Below are positions 39,969 to 57,069 of a DNA stretch of 64,000 nt, in pieces (position 1 is the first letter of the stretch; the number at the start of each line of letters is the position of its first letter). The stretch is from Terriglobia bacterium (lineage in GTDB: Bacteria; Acidobacteriota; Terriglobia; Bryobacterales; Bryobacteraceae). The notes under the pieces were generated by a model. That model was given only the letters and a program-made list of their open reading frames with translations. It was not told where the DNA came from and searched no databases. A program made the position numbers and the translations under genes. The stretch is from the NCBI GenBank assembly GCA_963815855.1, contig CAWFIJ010000017.1, positions 13,416 to 77,415 on the forward strand. Reading direction: 5' to 3'.

Positions 39969-41422
39969 ATGGCCTATCGCGATCTGCGCGATTTCATTCG
40001 CGCGCTGGAAGAAAACGGCGAACTGAAGCGCATTCCGTTCGAAGTGGATCCCATTCTGGAGATCACCGAATTCGCCGACCGCGCCGTGAAACAGGGCGGC
40101 CCGGCGCTGCTGTTCGAAAAGCCCAAGGGCTACGCCGTCCCGGTGCTGATCAACGCCTTCGCCTCCATGCGCAAGATGGAGATCGCGCTGGAAGTGGCGA
40201 TCGCGTGGAGGAGGTGGCCGCGCGCATCGTCGAGTTTCTGGAAATGCGCATGCCGGAAGGGCATCATCGGCAAGCTGAAAATGCTGCCCAAGCTGGCCGA
40301 AATGGGCGCGTTTTTCCCAAGATCGGTTTCCAAAGGGCGCGTGCCAGGAGGTGGTGCGCACGGAGGGCTTCTCGCTGCTCGATTATCCCGGTGCTGCAAT
40401 GCTGGCCCGGAGACGGCGGGCCGCTTCATCACGCTGCCGCTGGTCTTTTCGCGCAATCCCGATACCGGCAAGCGCAACTGCGGCATGTACCGCATGCAGG
40501 TGTTCGACGAGCGCACCGCCGGCATGCACTGGCAGACGCACAAGCAGGGCGCGGAGCACTACCGCCGCATGCGCCACCACGGGCGCACGCGCATGGACGT
40601 GGCGGTGGCCATCGGCGCCGACCCCGCCACCATGTACTCCGCCATTCTGCCGCTGCCGCCGGACCTGGACGAGATGATGATCGCCGGCTTCCTGCGCCAG
40701 AGCCCGGTGGAGATGGTGAAGTGCCAGACGTGCGACCTGGAAGTTCCGGCCAACGCCGAGATCGTGCTGGAAGGCTACGTGGAGCTGGGCGAGCTGCGCA
40801 CCGAAGGGCCGTTCGGCGACCACACCGGCTTCTATTCGCTGGCCGACGAGTACCCGGTCTTCCACGTCACCTGCATGACGCAGCGCCAGCGATCCCATCT
40901 ACGCCACCACCATCGTGGGTCCGCCGCCCATGGAGGACTACTACATGGGCAAGGCGATCGAGCGCATTTTCCTGCCGCTGATGCGCCTGCAATTGCCCGA
41001 GGTGCGCGACATCGCCATGCCGCGCCGAGGGCGTGTTCCACAACCTGATTCTGGTGTCGATCCGCAAGTCGTATCCCGGCCACGCGCGCAAGGTGATGCA
41101 CTCCATCTGGGGCACGGGCCAGGCCATGTTTTCCAAGTGCATCGTGGTGGTGGACGAAGACGTGGACGTGCAGAACGTGCGCGAGGTGGCGTGGAAGGCG
41201 CTGAACAACATCGACCCGCAGCGCGATATCCAATTCGTGCTGGGCCCGGTGGATTCGCTCGACCACTCCAGCCGCCTGCCCAATTACGGCTCGAAGATGG
41301 GCATCGACGCCACCCGCAAATGGCCGGGCGAAGGCTTTACACGCCCCTGGCCGGGGGTGATCGAGATGTCGGCCGAAGTGAAGCGGCGCGTGGACGAGAT
41401 GTGGAAGCGCGTGGGTTGGTGA
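39969..41422 (+). pseudogene. ubiD: UbiD-family (prenylated-FMN dependent) decarboxylase, frame-interrupted
   Basis: MAYRDLRDFIRALEENGELKRI, GGPALLFEKPKG, NCGMYRMQVFD, WQTHKQGAEHY, PFGDHTGFYS, VFHNLILVSIRKSYPGHARKVM...VVVDEDVDVQN across ORFs 39969, 40205, 40915 and 41033. Confidence 0.85.
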
Positions 41423-41445
41423 TAGGATAAGAAAAGTCCCAACGC

Positions 41446-41522
41446 GGTGGGTGTAGCTCAGCTGGTAGAGCGCCGGATTGTGGTTCCGGTGGCCGAGGGT
41501 TCGAATCCCTCCACCCACCCCA
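41446..41522 (+). tRNA. tRNA-His (anticodon GUG) with encoded G-1 and CCA
   Basis: 8-bp acceptor GGTGGGTG/CACCCACC (G-1:C73). D arm TAGCTCAGCTGGTAGAGC. Anticodon stem CCGGA/TCCGG with loop TTGTGGT. T arm GAGGG-TTCGAAT-CCCTC. 3' CCA at 41520-41522. Confidence 0.9.
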
Positions 41523-41755
41523 AACGCCGGGACAAGACCTCCCTCTCCGGCTTTACGGCCCCGAAGCTTCCTTGGTGAACGGCGTAGGCGTCGTCCTATC
41601 TGCCCGGTTCTATTTTGTGTCCGATTTCACTAACCCGCATTAATCCGCATTGATCGATGGTTCTTAAATAGAACCGTGGGTTATAATCCTCACACGTGCG
41701 CGGCCGCCGCTACAAGGAGAATGCGGAAGCGCAACTCACTCACTCGGAGAAACTT

Positions 41756-43082
41756 ATGCCACTTGCAGTAACCCGGGCACAACGTGTCCGAAACGCGGTC
41801 GTACTGTGCGGTCTGGCCAGCCTGGGGATGGGCCATCCCGCATCGGCCAAAACATTGTGCGTGAATCCGGCGGGCACATCCGGATGCTACACCACCATCG
41901 GCGCCGCGGTCGCGGCCGCGGCTGCCGGAGACCAGATCAATATCGGCGCGGGCCAATATGCGGAGGACGTGATGGTGAACAAACCGCTGGCGCTGGTCGG
42001 CGCGGGGGCGGCTTCCACCATCATCAACGCGCGCGGGCTGGCCAACGGCGTGTATGTCGACGGATTGGATAACGCCGGGCTGTCCGATGTGCTGATAACC
42101 GGCCTCACCATCACTAATGCCAATTACGAAGGCATTCTGGTCACCAACACCAACAACAGTCTGATTTCGAGTAACCATGTCGCCAACAACGACCAAAGCC
42201 TCAACTATGCCGCCAGCACGTGCGCCGGGCAACCCGCTTTTGAAACCAGCGAAGGCGACGACTGCGGCGAGGGAGATCCACCTGGTAGGCACGTTCGGGG
42301 TGACGGTAGCGAACAATGAAGTGGACCTGAACGCCGGCGGGATACTGCTCAGCGATGAGACCGGGGTGAACTCGGAAAACGTGATCACCGGCAACTCGGT
42401 GCACGACAACGCCCTGGATTGCGGCGTTACGCTGGCCTCGCACCCGCCCTCTCCGCAAGCCGCTTCCAAGCTGCCTTACGGGTTGATCGCCAACACCGTC
42501 GTCGGCAACAATATCTCGCGCAACGGGCTGATCGGACAGGGGGCCGGTGTCGGAATCTTCGCGCCGGGCCCGGGGAATTTGAACCTGCAGAACCAGATCA
42601 TCGGCAACACCATCGAGAACAACGGCCTTCCGGGCGTGACCATGCACAATCATGCCGCTCCCCCGGGAGCGCCCGGCGTCAACCTGAACGGCACGGTGAT
42701 CGTCGGCAACTTCATTTCCGGCAATGGAGCGGACACCGAAGACGCCGCCACGCCGGCCACGGCGGGCATCAACATCTACGGCGTGGCGCCGATCTATGCT
42801 ACGCAGATTCTGGGCAACACGATCCAGAACGAGGGGATGGGGGTAGTGGCCAACAACCCCGGCGGCATGGTGGTGCACCTGAACAACCTGACGATCAGCG
42901 GCGGGGTGGGCGTGGCGAACCTGGGCAAGGGCACGGTGGATGCGAGCATGAACTATTTCGGCTGCGCGACCGGTCCCGGCATCACCGGGGGATGCTCCTC
43001 GGTAAGCTCCGGAGTGGGTTTCTCGCCCTGGCTGACCGCGCCCGCACCGTCGGCGCCGGGTTCGGCGAGAGGACACCTGTAA
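41756..43082 (+). pseudogene. Secreted right-handed parallel beta-helix repeat protein, one frame change
   Basis: GGAGA RBS plus ATG at 41756 and a signal peptide ending HPASA. Repeats such as ITGLTITNANYEGILV, ITGNSVHDN, VVGNNISRNG, IIGNTIENNG, IVGNFISGNG and ILGNTIQNEG. ORFs 41696..42319 and 42177..43082 join near 42270. Confidence 0.7.
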
Positions 43083-43124
43083 GGCCGCTCGGACAAGGCG
43101 CACCGCGGTTCAGTGGAAGACTAC

Positions 43125-43153
43125 AAGGGCGGCAGCCGAAGCTCCCGCCCTTT
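43125..43153 (+). terminator. Candidate intrinsic terminator after the beta-helix gene
   Basis: AAGGGCGG, a 12-nt loop, CCGCCCTT, followed by a T (TTT run at 43151-43153). Confidence 0.35.
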
Positions 43154-43165
43154 CGCAGCCGGTTG

Positions 43166-44032
43166 TCAGGCCGCCCGCCGTTGGGTCCAGTGGAGCGAAA
43201 GCCAGCGGTCGAAGCCCATCAGCGCGGGGTACTCCTGGCGCAGGGCGGAGATGTCGACGTTATAGCCCACATCTTCGAACCAGCGCCACATCGTTGTCAT
43301 CTCCGCGCCCGCGCGTTTTTCCCATTCCTCCCACGGCACCTGCCGGTAGGCGACGTCGCGGCCGATCATGCGGCCGAATCGCTCCGCCAGCTCCGTCATG
43401 GAAAGCTCGTCCCCGGCGATATCCACGGCGCGCCCCTGCCAGTGTCCGGGCTTTTCGAACGCCATGGCGACGAACGCGCCGATGTCGTCCACGGCGATCA
43501 TCTGCAGGCGCGTCTCGGGAGATAGCGGCAGCGCCAACTGCCCTTGTTCGATGGTCTCCCGCATGCCCAGCCAGTTCTCCATGAAGAAGACCGGGCGGAA
43601 AATGGTGTAGCGCATGCCCGTGCCGCGGATATGCTCCTCGATGCGGAACTTGCTGTCGAAGTGGGGGATGCCGGTGCGGCGGTCCGCGGATCCCACCGAG
43701 CTGTAGACGAAGTGGCTGATGCGCGAGCGTTTGGCCGCGTCCGCCAGCGCCGTTCCCTGGCGGATTTCCACCTCCGGGCCGGGGGTGGACGCCTGCACGG
43801 AATACACGCCGTACACGCCGTCAAGGGCGCGCGTGAGCGAGGCGGGGTCGTCCAGATCGCCCCGGACTACTTCGGTTCCGTGTCCCACCAGCGAGCGGGC
43901 TTTCTCGTCATCGGGATTGCGGGTGAGGGCGCGCACCGGAAAACCGCGCTCGCGCAGCTTGCGCAGCGCCGCCCCGCCTTGGTGACCGGTCGAGCCGGTG
44001 ACCAGAATTACACGATCGTTGCCTTTCGCCAT
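43166..44032 (-). CDS. NmrA-family NAD(P)-binding protein
   Basis: Internal start MAKGNDRVILVTGSTGHQGGAALRKL at 44032 in ORF 43166..45271. The rest of that 701-aa ORF is an antisense shadow of the next gene. Confidence 0.85.
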   Translation of the reverse strand: MAKGNDRVILVTGSTGHQGGAALRKLRERGFPVRALTRNPDDEKARSLVGHGTEVVRGDLDDPASLTRALDGVYGVYSVQASTPGPEVEIRQGTALADAAKRSRISHFVYSSVGSADRRTGIPHFDSKFRIEEHIRGTGMRYTIFRPVFFMENWLGMRETIEQGQLALPLSPETRLQMIAVDDIGAFVAMAFEKPGHWQGRAVDIAGDELSMTELAERFGRMIGRDVAYRQVPWEEWEKRAGAEMTTMWRWFEDVGYNVDISALRQEYPALMGFDRWLSLHWTQRRAA

Positions 44033-44134
44033 GAGTTTTCGCTCCTTCGCCGATGGCGAGCAGATTTGTTTCCAGCCGCTGTATTTTAACCACCACATTG
44101 AGGGGGTGCCCGTTTCCCGATCCGGCGCTACACT

Positions 44135-48214
<4,080 letters not shown>

Positions 48215-48238
48215 ACCGAGCGGGCTCCGAAGATTCAT

Positions 48239-49220
48239 ATGACCGAATCGTTCGACGCTATCGTGGTGGGCGCCGGTCCTACCGGGCTGGCCTGCGGGAT
48301 CGAGCTGCAGAATCGCGGCGTCAAGGCCGTGCTGATCGAAAAGGGCTGCGTGGTCAATTCCATTTACCACTACCCCACGCATATGACCTTCTTCACCACG
48401 CCCGAGCTGCTGGAAATCGGCAACATCCCGATGACCAGCCTCAACGAGAAGCCCAATCGCACCGAGGCGCTCAAATATTACCGCCGCGTGGCCGATCACT
48501 TCCACCTGGATATCCGGCAGTACGAGCGGGTGGACCGGCATCGCCGGCGAGGACGGCGATTTCGAGGTTTCCACCACGGACCGGCTGGGATGCCGCCATC
48601 TGTATCGTGCCCGCAAGATCGTGCTGGCGACGGGCTATTACGATGTCCCCAATCGCCTCGACGTTCCCGGCGAAGACCTGCCCAAGGTGATGCATTATTA
48701 CAAAGAGCCGCATCCCTATTACAACCATGACGTCGCGGTGATCGGCGCGAAGAATTCCGCCGCCATTGCCGCGCTCGAATTGTGTTGGACGGGCGCGCGG
48801 GTCACACTGATTCATCGCGGAGCGGGTATTTCGGATCGCGTAAAGTACTGGATCAAGCCGAATATTGAAAACCGCATTCAGAACCGCGAAATCGCCGGTT
48901 ATTTCCATTCGCGAGTTACGGAGATTCTGCCCGAATCGATTCGCGTGGCTACGCCTGAAGGTGAAATTTTCTTAAGAAACGATTTTGTCTTCGCCCTCAT
49001 CGGCTATCGCCCGGATCTGGAATTTCTCAACAGTATTGGCATATCGCTCGAGCCGGAGACGCAGCGCCCGCGTACCAACCCGGATACGCTGGAAAGCCAG
49101 CGCGCCGGAATCTACCTGGCGGGCGTGATCGTCGCGGGTATGCATACTAATGAGATTTTTATTGAAAATGGTAGATTTCACGGCCAGTTGATCGCGACCT
49201 CCATCGCAGCTTCCCTGTAA
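48239..49220 (+). pseudogene. YpdA-family FAD/NAD(P)-dependent (putative bacillithiol-disulfide) reductase, one frame change
   Basis: FDAIVVGAGPTGLACGIEL, VVNSIYHYPTHMTFFTTPELLEIGNIP, ALKYYRRV in ORF 48239..48730. ATGYYDVPN...VIGAKNSA...YLAGV in ORF 48621..49220. Confidence 0.75.
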
Positions 49221-49246
49221 ATGGAGCTGCCCTCTGAATCTGTCCG

Positions 49247-49291
49247 AAGTAGTACATACCACTGTCTAAAGTAGTACCTCATTAGTACTAC
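49247..49291. promoter_or_regulatory. GTAGTAC repeat cluster in an AT-rich intergenic region (putative operator)
   Basis: AAGTAGTAC at 49247 and again at 49269, which is 22 bp apart. Inverted pair GTAGTAC (49271-49277), 7 nt, GTACTAC (49285-49291). Upstream of the ORF at 49359. Confidence 0.35.
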
Positions 49292-49522
49292 ACGTATTCA
49301 TACGAACTGAAACCTCTGTCGTACTTACTGTATCTATTGTTAGGAAGGGAGCCAAACCATGTTTCAGTCGATACTCAACAGCTTATTCGCATGTTCGCAT
49401 CAACGCACGACGTTTCCCCTGACGCCCTCGCGCAGGAACGGTTATCAGGCTCCCGGTGCTTCGCGGCACGGCACTTACGTGGTCTGCCTGGACTGCGGCA
49501 AAGAGTTTGCCTACAACTGGGA

Positions 49523-50619
<1,097 letters not shown>

Positions 50620-50623
<4 letters not shown>

Positions 50624-53263
50624 CCCTGCCGCAACTTCCTTCAACTCCTTCTGCAAATCGGCCAGCAGGCGCAGCGCTTCGATGGGCCGCAGTTCGTCCA
50701 GGTTCAGACCGCGGATGCGCTCCGCGATGCCGTAACCCACCGGCTCGAACAGTTGAATCTGCACCGGCCCGGCTCGGCTTCGGCTGCGGCGCCAGTTCTT
50801 CGGTGACCACGTGCTCGCTGCGCTCGTGCAGCTTCAGCACCTCGCGCGCGCGCTCGATCACGCCCAGCGGCAGGCCGGCCAGGCGCGCCACTTCGATGCC
50901 GTAGCTGCGGTCGGCCTTGCCCGGCTCGACTTTGCGCAGAAAGATGATGTGGTCGCCCGCTTCTTTCACCGAGACCATGCAGGTTGCGCACGCCGTCCAG
51001 CTGCTCCGGCCAGTTCGGTCAGCTCGTGATAATGCGTGGCGAACAGCGTCTTGGCGCGGGTGCGCGCGTGGATGTGCTCCACCACCGCCCAGGCCAGCGC
51101 CAGGCCGTCGTAGGTGGCGGTGCCGCGGCCGATTTCATCCAGCACGATGAAGCTGCGCGGCGTGGCGGTGTTCAGGATGACGGCCGTCTCGGTCATCTCC
51201 ACCATGAAGGTGGAGCGGCCGCGCGCCAGGTTGTCGGACGCGCCGATGCGCGTGAAGATGCGGTCGATGATGGGCAGGCTGGCGGATTCGGCCGGCACGA
51301 ACGAGCCCATCTGCGCCAGGATCGCGATCAGCGCCGCCTGCCGCAGGTAGGTGGATTTGCCGCCCATGTTGGGCCCGGTGATGATGGCGATCAGGTCGGT
51401 GGTGTCGTTCAGGTACAGATCGTTGGGAATGAAGCGGCCGGCCTCCTGTTCCGCCAGCCGTTCGATCACCGGATGGCGGCCCGCCATGATGCGCATCTCG
51501 CCGGTATCGGAAAACGCCGGCGCGCTGGTAGCGGTTCTCGGCGGCCACCTGCGCCAGCGCGGCGGTCGACGTCCAGCTTCGGCCACGGCGCGCGGCGGTG
51601 GCGCGGATGCGCTGCGCCTCGGCGGCGGCGCGCTGGCGCACGTCAGCGAACAGCTCCTTTTCGAGCGCCAGGATCTTCTCTTCGGCGTCCAGCACTTTGC
51701 GCTCGTAATCCTTCAGCTCGGGCGTGGTGAAGCGCTCGGCGTTGGCCAGCGTCTGCTTGCGCTCGTAATCGGCCGGCGCCAGGTGCAGGTTGGCGCGCGT
51801 GATCTCGATGTAGTAGCCGAAGACGTTGTTGAAGCGCACCTTGAGCGACTGGATGCCGGTGCGCTGGCGCTCGCGCGCTTCGATCTGCGCGATGTACTGC
51901 TGGCCGTTCTGGCTGAGGTCGCGCAGCTCGTCGAGCTCGGCGTGGTAGCCGGCGCGGATGGTGCCGCCGTCGGCCAGGTTGAGCGGCGGCTCGTCGGCGA
52001 TGGCTTCGAGAATCAGCCCGGCGACGTCGGGCAGTTCGTCCAGCCGGTCGTGCAGCGCGCGCAGGCGCGCGGCCTGCTGCGGTATCGAAGCAGCGCTTCA
52101 GCGCCGGAATCTTCTCCAGCGAGCGGCCCAGCGCCAGCAGCTCGCGCGGCCCGGCCGAGCCCAGCGTGACCTTGGCCAGCAGGCGCTCGAGATCGAGAAT
52201 GCCGCCGAGCTGCTTGCGCAATTCCGCGCGCAGGATGGTCTGCTGCAGCAGCTCGCCCACCGCGTCCAGGCGCTGCTTCGATTTCCGCGCGGTCCATGGA
52301 AGGCCGCAGCAGGCGCTGGCGCAGCAGCCGCCCGCCCATGCCGGTGAGCGTCTGGTCGAGGACGGCCAGCACGCGTGGCCTCGCGGCCTGCCGCCGCGCA
52401 TCGGCCGCGAAGATCGGCTCGACCAGCTCCAGGTTGCGCACCGTGACGGCGTCCAGCACCATGGAATCGGCGCGGTCGTAATACGTGGGCCGGTCCAGAT
52501 GATCCGAGCGCGGCGCGCTGCGTGTCGCGCAGGTAATGCAGGATGGCGCCGGCCGCGCCCACCGCCGCCGGCGGTTCGGCCAGGCCGCAGCCATCGAGCG
52601 AGAGCAGCTTGAAGTGGTCGCGCAGGGTGCGGTCGGCGTAGTCGCGAGCTGAAGACCCAGTCTTCCAGTTCGGTGCGCACGAAGCGCGGGCCCGGCGATC
52701 TTCGGCGCTGTCGACCAGCGGCAGATCCGCCGGGGAACAGCACCTCGCGCGCGCCCAGCTGCTCGAGCGCGCCGGCCACTTCCGCCGGCGTCCATTTCGG
52801 TGACGCGGAATTCGCCGGTGGAAACGTCCACGTGCGCCACCGCCGGCAGCGCGCCGCCGGCGCGCGCCACCGCGGCCAGGTAATTGTTCTCGCGCGAGCG
52901 CACCAGGTTGGCGTCCATGGCGGTGCCCGGCGTTACCACGCGGGTGATCTCGCGCTTCACCAGCTTCTTGGCGAACTTCGGATCCTCCATCTGCTCGCAG
53001 ATGGCCACGCGGTGGCCTTTCTGGATCAGGCGCGCGATGTAGCCCTCGGCGGCGTGGTAGGGCACGCCGCACATGGGAATGGCCGCGCCCTTTTCCTTGT
53101 TGCGCGCGGTGAGCGTGATTTCGAGCTCGCGCGCGGCGATCACCGCGTCTTCGAAAAACAGCTCGTAGAAATCGCCCAGGCGGAACATCAGCAGGGCGTT
53201 GGGAACCTGCTGCTTGATGCTGTTGTACTGCCGCATCAGCGGCGTGGAGGCGTCAGAGGACAT
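50620..53263 (-). pseudogene. mutS: DNA mismatch repair protein MutS, heavily frame-interrupted
   Basis: [124 protein letters not shown] across many ORFs. The 3' end is approximate. Confidence 0.9.
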
Positions 53264-53284
53264 GGCCCGCCCAGCGCACAATCG

Positions 53285-53362
53285 AATTCACCGCCGAGAC
53301 GCCGAGACGCCGAGGAAAGACATTTCTGCTTCTCGCGCGTCTCTGCGTCTCCGCGGTGAATT
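53285..53362. repeat. REP3 palindrome (26-bp arms)
   Basis: AATTCACCGCCGAGACGCCGAGACGC (53285-53310), 26 nt, GCGTCTCTGCGTCTCCGCGGTGAATT (53337-53362). 2 mismatches. Lies between the gdh stop and the mutS start. Confidence 0.7.
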
Positions 53363-53367
53363 GGAGC

Positions 53368-54659
<1,292 letters not shown>

Positions 54660-54683
54660 GTCCTCCGGTTATCATTATTACGC

Positions 54684-55457
54684 ATGGCATGGAATGCTGC
54701 CCGTTATCTCACGTTCGCCGATGAACGCACGCGCCCGTGCCGCGACCTGGCCGCGCGCCTGGAACTTCCGTCCCCGCGCCGGGCGATCGATCTCGGCTGC
54801 GGCCCCGGCAACAGCGCGGGGGTGCTGGCCGCCCGCTGGCCGGACGCCGGAATCACCGGCCTGGACAGCTCCCCCGAAATGCTCGCCGCCGCGCGCGCGG
54901 CCTATCCGGCCGTCGAATGGGTGGAGGGCGATATCGCCGGATGGGCGGCATCGGCCGCGGACCCTTTCGACCTGGTCTTCTCCAATGCCGCCCTGCAATG
55001 GGTGCCCGGTCACGGGGCGCTTCTGCCGCTCCTGCTGGCGCACGTCGCGCCGGGCGGCGCACTGGCTTTCCAGGTCCCCGCGTCTTTCGATTCTCCCGCC
55101 CAGCGCCTCATCCGCCAGCTGGCCGATTCCCCGCGCTGGCGCAGCCGTTTTTCCTCCAGGCCCGTGGATTGGCACTCCGAGCCGCCGGGCTTCTATTACG
55201 AGGTCCTCGCGCCGCGTTCCGCCCGCGTCGATCTGTGGCAGACCGATTATTTCCACGTTATGGACGGTCCCGAAGCGATTGTCGAATGGTATCGTGGGAC
55301 CGGCCTGCGCCCGTTCCTCGAAGCGCTGCCGCCGGGCGACCGCGAAGCCTTCCTGGCCGAATACCTCACTGTTCTCCGTCCCTGGTACCCGCCGCAGGCC
55401 GACTCCCGCGTTCTGTTTCCGTTCCGCCGGCTGTTCGTGGTGAGCTATCGGAAATGA
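54684..55457 (+). CDS. tam: Trans-aconitate 2-methyltransferase-like SAM methyltransferase
   Basis: MAWNAARYLTFADERTRPCRDLAARL...IDLGCGPGNSAGVLAARWP...GLDSSPEMLAAA...FSNAALQWVP. Intact. Internal start in ORF 54453..55457. Confidence 0.8.
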   Translation: MAWNAARYLTFADERTRPCRDLAARLELPSPRRAIDLGCGPGNSAGVLAARWPDAGITGLDSSPEMLAAARAAYPAVEWVEGDIAGWAASAADPFDLVFSNAALQWVPGHGALLPLLLAHVAPGGALAFQVPASFDSPAQRLIRQLADSPRWRSRFSSRPVDWHSEPPGFYYEVLAPRSARVDLWQTDYFHVMDGPEAIVEWYRGTGLRPFLEALPPGDREAFLAEYLTVLRPWYPPQADSRVLFPFRRLFVVSYRK

Positions 55458-55556
55458 GGGGCCGGCACGAGCCCAAATGCGCGCAGCATCCCGGTGCAGT
55501 TTTTCACGCGGCAGTCCCCGCGCCCGGTTTGGCCCTTAAACGGCAAGTAGCGTTAC

Positions 55557-56321
55557 GTGGTCCGCGCGGTCATCGGCGCCTTCGAGTGGTTCGGCGAATT
55601 GGGGATTTTTTTCGCCCGGCTCCTGCGCGCGGCTTTTACGCGGCCGATGGAATGGCGCGAAGTTGTGCGCCAGTGCGATCAGATCGGCTCTCTCTCGCTG
55701 CCGCTGGTGGCGCTGGCGGGCGCGGCGACGGGCGTGGTGTTGGAACTGGAGACGCGCGACAGCCTGACGCGCTATGGCGCTAAATCCATGCTCCCCGCGG
55801 TGATCACTTTCGCCTTAATCAAGGAAAGCGGGCCGATCATCGCCGGACTGATGGTGGCGGCCCGCGTGGGCGCCGGCATCGGCGCGCAACTCGGCTCCAT
55901 GCGCGTCACCGAACAGATCGACGCCATGGAGGTTTCGGCCGTCGATCCTTACAAATTTCTCGTCTTCACCCGCGTCCTGGCTTGTGTCCTTATGGTGCCG
56001 CTTCTCACCGTGGTGGCCGGTTTCTTCGGCATAATTTTCGGCTGGCTCGCCAACACCGTCACCGACCACATCTCGCTGCTTCTGTTCGTGGAGCGCGGGT
56101 TCCAGGCGGTGGCTTTCAGCGATTTTTTTCCGTCCACGCTCAAGACCGCGATTTTCGGTTTCATCATCGGGCTGGTGGCTTGTTTTCAGGGCATGCGCAC
56201 CACCGGCGGCACGGAAGGCGTGGGCCGCGCCACCACCAGCTCTGTTGTGCTGTCTTCCCTGTTCGTCATCCTGGCGGATGTGGTGCTCGTGCGCCTCATT
56301 CTGGTGATCTGGCCGCTATGA
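55557..56321 (+). CDS. mlaE: MlaE-family ABC transporter permease
   Basis: Intact 254 aa. ESGPIIAGLMVAARVGAGIGAQLGSMRVTEQIDAMEV is the MlaE signature. GTG start. Confidence 0.85.
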   Translation: MVRAVIGAFEWFGELGIFFARLLRAAFTRPMEWREVVRQCDQIGSLSLPLVALAGAATGVVLELETRDSLTRYGAKSMLPAVITFALIKESGPIIAGLMVAARVGAGIGAQLGSMRVTEQIDAMEVSAVDPYKFLVFTRVLACVLMVPLLTVVAGFFGIIFGWLANTVTDHISLLLFVERGFQAVAFSDFFPSTLKTAIFGFIIGLVACFQGMRTTGGTEGVGRATTSSVVLSSLFVILADVVLVRLILVIWPL

Positions 56322-57061
56322 GACCGCCCCCGAATCCCATCGAAGTTCGCGGCCTGTGTAAGTCCTTTGGCTCGCAGACGGTGCTGGACGAGGTCAATCT
56401 CACGGTGCGGCGCGGGGAGACTGTGGCGGTGCTCGGGCGCAGCGGCGCCGGCAAGAGCGTGCTGCTCAAAATCCTGATCGGCTTGCGGCCCGCCGATTCC
56501 GGCTCGGTCCGCATTTTCGGCTGCGAAATCCGCAACGTGCCGGTGGACCGCCTCAACCGGATGCGCCGCCACATGGGCTTCCTCTTCCAGGAGTCCGCAC
56601 TTTACGATTCGCTCACCGTGGAAGAAAACGTGGCTTTTCCCCTGCAACGCCTGAGCACGTTGGCGCCAGAGCACCAGAAGCGGCGCGTGCGCGAACTATT
56701 GGTCGCCGTCGGCATGGACGCCCATCGGCATAAGTTCCCGTCCGAAATTTCGGGCGGCATGCAGAAACGCGTAGGCCTGGCGCGCGCGCTCGTAATCGAT
56801 CCCGAAATTGTGCTTTATGACGAGCCCACCGCCGGCCTCGATCCCATCACCAGCGCCGAAATCGGCCATCTCATCCTCGACCAGCAAACCCGGCGCCGGA
56901 CCACCGGGATCGTGGTCACCCATGATATCCCGGCAACCCGCATCTTCGCCGATCGCATCGTGCTGCTCCGCGACGGCCGCTTCGTGGCCGAAGGCAGTTA
57001 CTCCGACCTCCGCGACAGCCGCGATCCCTTTGTCCGCGACTTCCTGCGGGAGGCCGCATAG
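56318..57061 (+). CDS. mlaF: MlaF-like ABC transporter ATP-binding protein
   Basis: MRPPPNPIEVRGL. Walker A GRSGAGKS, signature ISGGMQKRVGLARAL, Walker B VLYDEPTAGLD. ATGA overlap with mlaE. Confidence 0.85.
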   Translation: MRPPPNPIEVRGLCKSFGSQTVLDEVNLTVRRGETVAVLGRSGAGKSVLLKILIGLRPADSGSVRIFGCEIRNVPVDRLNRMRRHMGFLFQESALYDSLTVEENVAFPLQRLSTLAPEHQKRRVRELLVAVGMDAHRHKFPSEISGGMQKRVGLARALVIDPEIVLYDEPTAGLDPITSAEIGHLILDQQTRRRTTGIVVTHDIPATRIFADRIVLLRDGRFVAEGSYSDLRDSRDPFVRDFLREAA

Positions 57062-57069
57062 GTGGGCTT

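Noticed and set aside
41523-43165. A genomic island integrated at tRNA-His.
   Set aside because: There is no integrase, recombinase or transposase, and I found no direct repeat of the tRNA 3' end in the window. Only a modest composition shift and one secreted-protein gene are present. It is kept as a low-interest note only.
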